DNA from: Gemmatimonadaceae bacterium
GTDB taxonomy: Bacteria; Gemmatimonadota; Gemmatimonadetes; Gemmatimonadales; Gemmatimonadaceae
Reading direction: 5' to 3'
Assembly (NCBI GenBank): GCA_040902005.1
Contig: JBBDYA010000089.1
Coordinates: 1 to 20,530 of the forward strand
DNA: 20,530 nt
Every line of letters begins with the position of its first letter. Positions within the stretch are counted from its first letter, which is position 1. Made by a program: the position numbers and the translations under genes. Shown one piece after another: positions 8,143 through 14,659 of the stretch. Below the pieces are notes generated by a model that searched no databases, was not told where the DNA came from, and saw only the letters and a list, made by a program, of their open reading frames with translations.

Positions 8143-9260
8143 TCCAGGAACATGCTCGTGAGACGCAGCGCCTGCTGTTCTCCCCAGTTCGCGAACGCAT
8201 TCGCCGCCATCGCGACCACCAGCCGCTCCCGCGGGTACACGAGCAGGAACGCGGACCCACCGTTCGACGACCCGCCGTGGTGCATATATTCCCTGCCCGA
8301 GGAATCCACGCCCACACGCCAGCCGATTCCGACGCGCACCGTGTCGCCGTTCGCCAGGACCAATGGCGTCCGCATCACACGCAATGACTCGCGACTGAGA
8401 AATCCCGCCTCCGTGAACGCGCTCCCAAGCCGCGCCAGGTCTGCCGTTGACGACAGATAACCGCCGCTCGGCCAGCGCGAGCTCAGGTCGTCCTCCGGCG
8501 TGATGCCGACTCCCTCCGCGGTCACGCGGTAGATCACCGCCCGCCCCGGGATCGTCCGGTTCGCCGAATCGGCGACGGTCGCGGACATGCCGAGCGGCCG
8601 AGCGACGAGCCTCTCGATGATGGCCGGGAACGGTTCGCCAGCGACGCTCTCCATCACGGCACCCAGCAGGTTGTACCCGTAGCTGCTGTAGGCGTAGCGC
8701 GTGCCCGGCGCGAACAGCACCGAGTCGGCCTCGAAGACGTGGATGGCCTCGCGCAGCGACGGATACGCCGTTCGCGAAAAGAATTCCGCGCCACGATAAT
8801 GGCGTATTCCGGCGCTGTGCTGCGCGAGCTGGCGCAGCGTGATCTCCGGCCAGTGCGCCGGATACGGACTCAGACGACGCCGCACCGGTTCATCCAGGGT
8901 GAGCACCCCGTCTTCGATGAGGCGCATGAGCGCCGCCGCGGTGAGAATCTTCGACACGCTGCCCACGCGAAACTTCGTGGTGGGTGTGGCGGCGATCCCC
9001 CGCTCCACGTCCGCCATGCCCGTGCCCGCGCTGAAGACCACGCGCCCGTCGCGAACGACGCTGGCGGACATCGCTGGGATCGACAGCGACTGCCGCAGGC
9101 TGTCCACGAACTGCCGCGCTTCGCGTGTTGCGAGCGTCTCGGCTGGCTCAGCGCGCGGTGCAGGAGCGCTTCTCGAGCATGCGACCGCGACAGTGGCAAG
9201 CGCGACAACGAAAACCGGGAGCCGGCGTCGGGGCACCGACAGGGGAAGGCGGAGTGTCAT
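8139..9260 (-). CDS. Serine hydrolase, beta-lactamase/class C/PBP-like family, probable lipoprotein
   Basis: FRVGSVSK (SxxK), LAQHSAGIRHY, YAYSSYGY, HHGG; lipobox-like AVAC. ATG 9260 chosen over TTG 9266. Confidence 0.9.
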   Translation of the reverse strand: MTLRLPLSVPRRRLPVFVVALATVAVACSRSAPAPRAEPAETLATREARQFVDSLRQSLSIPAMSASVVRDGRVVFSAGTGMADVERGIAATPTTKFRVGSVSKILTAAALMRLIEDGVLTLDEPVRRRLSPYPAHWPEITLRQLAQHSAGIRHYRGAEFFSRTAYPSLREAIHVFEADSVLFAPGTRYAYSSYGYNLLGAVMESVAGEPFPAIIERLVARPLGMSATVADSANRTIPGRAVIYRVTAEGVGITPEDDLSSRWPSGGYLSSTADLARLGSAFTEAGFLSRESLRVMRTPLVLANGDTVRVGIGWRVGVDSSGREYMHHGGSSNGGSAFLLVYPRERLVVAMAANAFANWGEQQALRLTSMFLE

Positions 9261-9453
9261 GCCCAAAGTTAACTGCCCCGAGTTGCGCGTGGCTATTTGA
9301 TCCTTCGCAACGAAACCATCACGTGATCGCGCCGTGTGGCCACACCATAGGAACCGTATCCCTGGCCTTGATCATAGTGTTCGGGCGAGAGGGAGTCTGG
9401 CGCAGGGCTTGCTCCGCGGCCCTGCGTCTGACACCTGTGACCGGGAAATAACA

Positions 9454-10152
9454 ATGCGTGAAATATGGCGCTATCGCATGGGAGCTCTCCTCACCTGCTC
9501 CCTGGTGACTGGCCAGGGCTGCAACCTGCCCGCCATCATCAAGGAGAACAACAGGACAGTCCAGGCAAGCACCGAGGGAATCGCGGAAAACACGCGCATG
9601 GTGCAACGCTCCGCTGAGGTCACCCAGGCGCTGCTTCCGGCGATGGAGGGACTGCGCGCACTCGAGCAGCCGATGAATGCCGTGGCCGGACTTAGCCCGA
9701 CGTTGACTTCGGTGGCCGCGTTGGACGGCCCCATGTCCCGCGTCGCGGCGCTCGACGCGCCGATGCGGGCCGTGGCCGGTCTGTCGCCGGACATGCTCGC
9801 ACTCGCCCAACTGCGGGAGCCCATGAACCGCGTTGCCCTGATGCGCCCGAGTCTCGACGGCGTGAGCGCCTTGCGCGATCCGATGGAGCGGGTTGCGTCG
9901 CTGAGTGCGGAGCTGCGAGCCGTCGCGGAGCTGCAGGGATCGATGCGGGAACTCGCGGCGCTTCGCCAGCCGCTCGCAGACGTTGCAGAGCTTCGCGAGC
10001 CCATGACGCGCCTGGCCGCACTCAGCCCGATCAGTCATCCGCTTGGCCTCATCGTCCTCGCGCTCGTGGGCCTGGGGGCGTGGGCGGCGGTGACATTCAT
10101 TGCTGTTCGCTTCGCGGTGCTCAGCGCCATGGCCCAGTCCCGGCAGCGCTGA
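9454..10152 (+). CDS. Hypothetical exported protein with 13 tandem 10-residue repeats and a C-terminal TM anchor
   Basis: ATG 9454 gives MREIWRYRMGALLTCSLVTGQGC (signal/lipoprotein-like). Repeat consensus LxxPMxxVAx. Hydrophobic C-terminal LGLIVLALVGLGAWAAVTFIAV. Confidence 0.75.
   Translation: MREIWRYRMGALLTCSLVTGQGCNLPAIIKENNRTVQASTEGIAENTRMVQRSAEVTQALLPAMEGLRALEQPMNAVAGLSPTLTSVAALDGPMSRVAALDAPMRAVAGLSPDMLALAQLREPMNRVALMRPSLDGVSALRDPMERVASLSAELRAVAELQGSMRELAALRQPLADVAELREPMTRLAALSPISHPLGLIVLALVGLGAWAAVTFIAVRFAVLSAMAQSRQR
9631..10020 (+). repeat. Degenerate 30-bp (10-aa) tandem repeat x13 within the CDS
   Basis: 390 bp = 13 x 30, from LLPAMEGLRA to LREPMTRLAA, with no indels. Confidence 0.85.
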
Positions 10153-10164
10153 CGTCAAGGTGCG

Positions 10165-12552
10165 TCAGTCAGCACCAAGCGCAGTACTCGGGCGTATCCT
10201 GGCGGCGCGGAGCGCCGGTCGCAGCGTGGCGGCGACGATCAGTGCCGCACAGAGAAGCACGCCGGCCGCAAGCGCGCTGTAGCTCTCCGTTCCCAACCCC
10301 TCCAGCAACGTCGTGAGAAAGCGCAGGAACATCCATGCGAGCACGGCGCCCACGGCCAGCCCGATCGCCGTCACTCGAATCGTGTCCTTCAGCACGGCCA
10401 CCACGAGACGTCGCGTTTCCGCGCCGAGCGCGGCTCGTATCCCAAGCTCCCGGGTGCGTTGCGTGACCGAGAGCGAGATCATCCCGTAGAGTCCCAGCCC
10501 GGTCACCACCAGCGCGATGGCCCCGAAGGTGAGCAGCAGCCAGAGATAAAACCGTGGGCGCGCTTCGGCCCGCTCGATGACCGCCGTCAGCGGTTCCAGA
10601 TCTCCCAGCGGCTGATTGGGGTCCACCTCGTGCACGATCCGCCGCAGACTGGCGGCGCCGCTGACCGCGCTCCGCTGACGCACCAGCACGGTGAGCCGCG
10701 GTACGGGGAGCTGCGCCAGTGGCACGTAGACCGATGGGGACGACTCCCAACCCATCGCGAACTGGCGCGTGGCACCCACGACGCCGACGATCTCGGCCGT
10801 GTAGCCAAAGTTGTCGAGCCGCAGTCGCCGCCCCACCGCGCTCTCGCGACCGAATGCACGGCGCGCAAGCGTTTCATCGATCACGATCGCGTGCACGTGA
10901 TGCTCGTCATCCGTCGGGCGAAAGGTCGTCCCCGCGAGAATCGGGATTCCAAGCGTTGCGAAATAGCCGGCGGTGATCGAGTGTACCCCGACGGCGTACC
11001 CGGGCGACGCCAGCGTCTGCTCGGGCAGGTGCGCCTGGACCTGGAATGCAGCGCCCTTGCCGGGAACGTCACTGGCCATCGCGGCCGACACGAAAGCGCC
11101 CGAGGCATTCAAGGCCTCGGTCATGCGGTGAACCCAGGCCCGGATCTCCTGCGCTTCGGCGCCCATGACTATGGCATACGGGCGCGTGACACCGGCGGAC
11201 AATACCCCGTCGGCCGCATACCCCGGACTCGACGTCGCAAGTCGGACAACCGTTCGAACGAGTAGTCCCGCCCCGCTCAGGAGGACCACGGTGGCCATGA
11301 TCTCCACGGCCAGCAACGAGCGGCGCAACCAGAGCTCACTTCTGCCGGCCGAGCTTCCGCCATCCCGCAGGGTATCGACAACGGATCGCCGCCGGGATAC
11401 CCGCCACGTCGCCAGTGCAAGCGCCGCCGCCATGACCAGCGTCAGCGCCAGCGCGGCGGCACCGCTCTCGAGGTCGAGTCTCATGTGTTGCGCTTCGGGC
11501 AAGGTCCCCGGCATGGCCTCGCGCAGCCGGGTGAGGCCCCAAGCCGCCAGCACAAGCCCGAGTGCCGCACCAGTCAGACCCAGCATGACGGCTTCCGTGG
11601 TTGGCTGGCGGACGATCTGCCACGGCGAGGCGCCAAGCGCGAATCGAACGGCAAACTCCCGCAGCCGCGCCATTGCCTGGGCGAACAGCAGGCTGCCGAC
11701 GCTTGCATAGACGAGCAGTGCGATCAGGCACGCCGCGGCGGCCATCAGTACCAGTCGGCCCCGGACTTCGCCGAAGACGGAATCGCTGAGCGACCGTACA
11801 AATGGCGTCGCGTCCTTCAAGCCCATGCTTCCGGGCTTGGTCCGCATGCCGAAAGCGCGGATCTCGCGATCGGCGGTTCTGACGGACATGCCCGGACCAA
11901 GGCGACCGATGGCGTGCGCTACGCGCGAGTCAGACTCCTTCATCGCGTCGTATTGATCGGCCAGGGGAATCCATCCGAACATTCCACCGGTGCGCGCCGG
12001 GAACACGAACCCCTCGGGCATGACGCCAACGACGCGGTACGTCCTGTCGTTGAGCGTCACGCGTTCGTCGAGGATGGATTTCCGTCCCTCATAGTATCGC
12101 TGCCACGCCGCATGGCTCAGCACGACGACCGGCTCGGCGCCGGTTCGATCGTCAGCGAACTCGATGACGCGGCCCACGAGCGGCGTGACCTCCAGCGCCC
12201 GGAAAAAGGCCGGCGTGACCGTCGCCGTGTAGACCTGGTCCAGCTGGTCGCCCACGCGAACCGTGAGTGATGCACCGATGTAGGGGGCGATGACGAAGAA
12301 CGAGCGCGATCGCGCCGCCCATTCATCGGCGGACAGAATCGAGATGCGCGTGCTCTGGTCGACCTTCCCCGTCGCGCCGATGACCGCCAGCTCACTGGGA
12401 CGTGGGAAGGGCAGCGTATGCGAGTACGCGCCGCGCACAGCAGCAAGCACCATCCAGGAGGACCCGATGCCCAACGCGAGCGTCGCCACAATGACGCCGG
12501 CCAGCGACGGCGTTCGTCGCAGGCGCCGGAGCGCATACCGCAGCTCGAGCAC
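10165..12552 (-). CDS. ADOP-type duplicated MacB/FtsX-family ABC permease (no fused ATPase)
   Basis: ELRYALRRLRRTP..ATLALGIG start. Two MacB periplasmic + FtsX halves, with REFAVRFALGAS and RTRELGIRAALGA. Ends PALRAARIRP..AL. No Walker A/B motifs. Confidence 0.9.
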   Translation of the reverse strand: MLELRYALRRLRRTPSLAGVIVATLALGIGSSWMVLAAVRGAYSHTLPFPRPSELAVIGATGKVDQSTRISILSADEWAARSRSFFVIAPYIGASLTVRVGDQLDQVYTATVTPAFFRALEVTPLVGRVIEFADDRTGAEPVVVLSHAAWQRYYEGRKSILDERVTLNDRTYRVVGVMPEGFVFPARTGGMFGWIPLADQYDAMKESDSRVAHAIGRLGPGMSVRTADREIRAFGMRTKPGSMGLKDATPFVRSLSDSVFGEVRGRLVLMAAAACLIALLVYASVGSLLFAQAMARLREFAVRFALGASPWQIVRQPTTEAVMLGLTGAALGLVLAAWGLTRLREAMPGTLPEAQHMRLDLESGAAALALTLVMAAALALATWRVSRRRSVVDTLRDGGSSAGRSELWLRRSLLAVEIMATVVLLSGAGLLVRTVVRLATSSPGYAADGVLSAGVTRPYAIVMGAEAQEIRAWVHRMTEALNASGAFVSAAMASDVPGKGAAFQVQAHLPEQTLASPGYAVGVHSITAGYFATLGIPILAGTTFRPTDDEHHVHAIVIDETLARRAFGRESAVGRRLRLDNFGYTAEIVGVVGATRQFAMGWESSPSVYVPLAQLPVPRLTVLVRQRSAVSGAASLRRIVHEVDPNQPLGDLEPLTAVIERAEARPRFYLWLLLTFGAIALVVTGLGLYGMISLSVTQRTRELGIRAALGAETRRLVVAVLKDTIRVTAIGLAVGAVLAWMFLRFLTTLLEGLGTESYSALAAGVLLCAALIVAATLRPALRAARIRPSTALGAD

Positions 12553-12559
12553 GTGCCGC

Positions 12560-13111
12560 CTACCGATCCACGCTCAGTCGCCGCACGCGATCGGCAAAGA
12601 GGCGCTGCTCGACTGGCGAGAACAGCGGACCATCGTCGAGCAGGGCAATGCGACCATCGCGTATGAGAGCCGTCACGGGCGTGTGGGTGATGTCCAGACG
12701 AATCCACAAGCTATCATGCTCGTCGCGACAGAGCGGCCTCGCGATGCTGGACCGCATGAGGCGTAGCGCTCTCGCCACGTCGGCGCGAGGAGCCCAGAAC
12801 ACCACCATCGTCTCGACGGGCAACGCACCGGCCTTGGCCAGTGTCTCCAGTCCGCTCATGTGCGCCTCGCAGGCTGCACAATCGGACACTGTGGCAAAGG
12901 TCACGAGCTGCGACGTGCCGGGCGCGGCGATGGTGCGAGGCAGCGAGTCGGCGCAGGTGAGACTCATGGATGGGACGCGCTGCCCCAACGCGAGATTCGT
13001 GGCATTCATGAGGCGCTCCGACCGCTCAACGACAGCGCCCTCTCCGGGCGCGCATCCAACCAGGCCCCAGGCGACGATCGCCAACGCCACGCGAGCACCC
13101 GGCCGCATCAC
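12560..13111 (-). CDS. Thioredoxin/peroxiredoxin-like fold lipoprotein with CxxC
   Basis: Lipobox LVGC. LGQRVPSMSL resembles a redoxin N-terminus. LVTFATVSDCAACEAH has a beta strand then CxxC. LDITHTPVTALI.DGRI is the cis-Pro loop. Start GTG 13111 or ATG 13108, overlapping the upstream stop. Confidence 0.75.
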   Translation of the reverse strand: MMRPGARVALAIVAWGLVGCAPGEGAVVERSERLMNATNLALGQRVPSMSLTCADSLPRTIAAPGTSQLVTFATVSDCAACEAHMSGLETLAKAGALPVETMVVFWAPRADVARALRLMRSSIARPLCRDEHDSLWIRLDITHTPVTALIRDGRIALLDDGPLFSPVEQRLFADRVRRLSVDR

Positions 13112-14277
13112 CGGATCGTTCCAGTCAGTCGCACCAGGATGAGCGTGGGAACGCTTTCCGGGTTCGGATCTTCCCGCAACAGGAGAAGCGTATCGGCGCC
13201 GATGAGCTGCAGTGGGCGATCGGGCGTCTCACCCACGGCGCATTGCGCGGGTCCGGTGGCAGAATCGCACGCAAACAGTCGAAAGCTGGAGCGCTGCGTG
13301 ACGGTGTCGTACGCAATGAAGGACCACACGAAGCCATGCGCGCTCGGAAGGAAGCGCGTGGGTGCAAGCCAGGTGGCGCTGTGCGCCATCATGCGGCGGG
13401 GATTCGTCGTTTCCGGCTCATCCCGTGGATCCACGAAAAACTCGGGTGCGCGATCGACCGTGCCGGCGAGCCGTCCGGCGCCGTCCAGCACCTGGATTAC
13501 CGGCGTGACTCCCTGCTGGCAGTAGACCCGTCCACCGGACGACCATACATAGGAAAAGCGATACGCGCCGAGCACCCCGCGGCGGCTGATGCTCGTGGTC
13601 ACGGTCGGATGCTGCGTGCATCCCCGGCCCAGCAGCTTTCCGTCCCGGTCCATCATCAGCACGACGCTGAGTGTCGTGTCATCGGGCTCCGGGCTTGGGA
13701 TGGTGACGAACAACCGCTCGCCGGCGACGGCGAGCGAAAGCACGTCCTTCTCGCTGTCCACGTCGAACCCGCGCGCAAAGCGCCCGCCGAGGTCGAAGAG
13801 GTTGATGCGATTGACGGCACCGAGATCGGTGACGTACAGGGTATCTCCCGCCAACGTAAGGCGGTGCGGCCGCACCAGGCGTCCATCGTTGGCATCCCGT
13901 CCGCCGGCGGACCAGAGGCGTGTTCCCGCGCGGTTGTACGCGCTGAGCCGGCGCGTCTCCGCGTCCAGCACGTATGCCGTATCGCCGCGGAACGCGACAT
14001 CCTGCACGTCAACTGGCTGGGTGGAGTCCACGGTGCCAAGCCTGATCGTCGCCATCACCGCCTGACGCAGCTGCCCGCTCTCCGTGAGGGGCTGCTTGCG
14101 ATACGCGGTGATGTCGCGGCCCCCGACCACACTGATCACCCTGGCCGGCGCACCGCTCTGCGTGACGCCATCACCGGATGGCGGTTTGCCGTCGCCGCCC
14201 ATGCATGCGGCCATGAGCGCAACGCCGGCCAGCAGGCCGGACGACCAGGAGGTCGCCCGGCCAGCGTCGAGTCTCAC
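13108..14277 (-). CDS. 6-bladed beta-propeller (NHL-like) lipoprotein
   Basis: Lipobox MAAC. Blade-like repeats DVAFRGDTAYVLD..RRLSAYNRAG, PHRLTLAGDTLYVTD..RINLFDLGGRF, LAVAGERLFV, IQVLDGAGRL. GTGA overlap with the peptide gene stop. Confidence 0.8.
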   Translation of the reverse strand: MRLDAGRATSWSSGLLAGVALMAACMGGDGKPPSGDGVTQSGAPARVISVVGGRDITAYRKQPLTESGQLRQAVMATIRLGTVDSTQPVDVQDVAFRGDTAYVLDAETRRLSAYNRAGTRLWSAGGRDANDGRLVRPHRLTLAGDTLYVTDLGAVNRINLFDLGGRFARGFDVDSEKDVLSLAVAGERLFVTIPSPEPDDTTLSVVLMMDRDGKLLGRGCTQHPTVTTSISRRGVLGAYRFSYVWSSGGRVYCQQGVTPVIQVLDGAGRLAGTVDRAPEFFVDPRDEPETTNPRRMMAHSATWLAPTRFLPSAHGFVWSFIAYDTVTQRSSFRLFACDSATGPAQCAVGETPDRPLQLIGADTLLLLREDPNPESVPTLILVRLTGTIR

Positions 14278-14483
14278 GTCTGCGCCGGACAGGATACGCA
14301 GCTGTATCCCGTGTCACAGCACACGTACTTCTTCTTCTCCGTTTGCCAGCAGCTGGCGGTCGTGGTGCAGCCTGGCTGCGCCATCAGGATGCCGCCGGCA
14401 AGGGGCGCCGGCAGCACGGTGAAGACCGGCGAGAGTACGATTGCTCCAACCACGGCGAGGGACAGACGACCCATTCGTTTCAT
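14274..14483 (-). CDS. Small secreted six-cysteine peptide precursor (69 aa)
   Basis: GGAGG RBS just upstream of ATG. Basic N-terminus MKRMGR plus a hydrophobic h-region. C-terminal core QPGCTTTASCWQTEKKKYVCCDTGYSCVSCPAQT. Stop overlaps the next gene's start (GTGA). Confidence 0.8.
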   Translation of the reverse strand: MKRMGRLSLAVVGAIVLSPVFTVLPAPLAGGILMAQPGCTTTASCWQTEKKKYVCCDTGYSCVSCPAQT

Positions 14484-14619
14484 GATACGCCTCCGTGCGA
14501 GATGTGTGCAGCATCACGCAGCGTCGCGCGTCGGCTCGGTGCCGTTATCCTATGCTAAGCACCCGCTGTTCCTGCCACAATAGTTGTTATGTATGAGTTC
14601 GCTAGCCGTGGCCACACGC

Positions 14620-14639
14620 ATATTAACGGTTGTTAATAT
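14620..14639. promoter_or_regulatory. Perfect palindromic operator-like site upstream of the peptide operon
   Basis: ATATTAAC-GGTT-GTTAATAT (8-4-8) in an AT-rich intergenic region, about 140 bp upstream of the peptide ATG. Confidence 0.6.
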
Positions 14640-14659
14640 CGGCTGCTCGCGCCTCGCGC

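Noticed and set aside
64..9260. Calling the two serine hydrolases antibiotic-resistance beta-lactamases
   Set aside because: Their motifs show only the broad beta-lactamase/PBP-like fold, which includes many esterases and peptidases; substrate cannot be inferred.
9631..10020. 30-bp periodicity as a CRISPR array
   Set aside because: The repeats are conserved at protein level, degenerate in DNA, and have no spacers.
14394..14399. Gly-Gly in the peptide leader (PLAGG) as a double-glycine bacteriocin cleavage site
   Set aside because: The leader is hydrophobic and Sec-like rather than ELSxxEL-type, and no C39 peptidase ABC transporter is in the window.
14530..14620. Sigma54 promoter (TGGCA-like words) or tracrRNA-like GGCACCGAG motif upstream of the peptide
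   Set aside because: No GG-N10-GC spacing fits, and there are no cas genes or CRISPR repeats, so the short match is coincidental.
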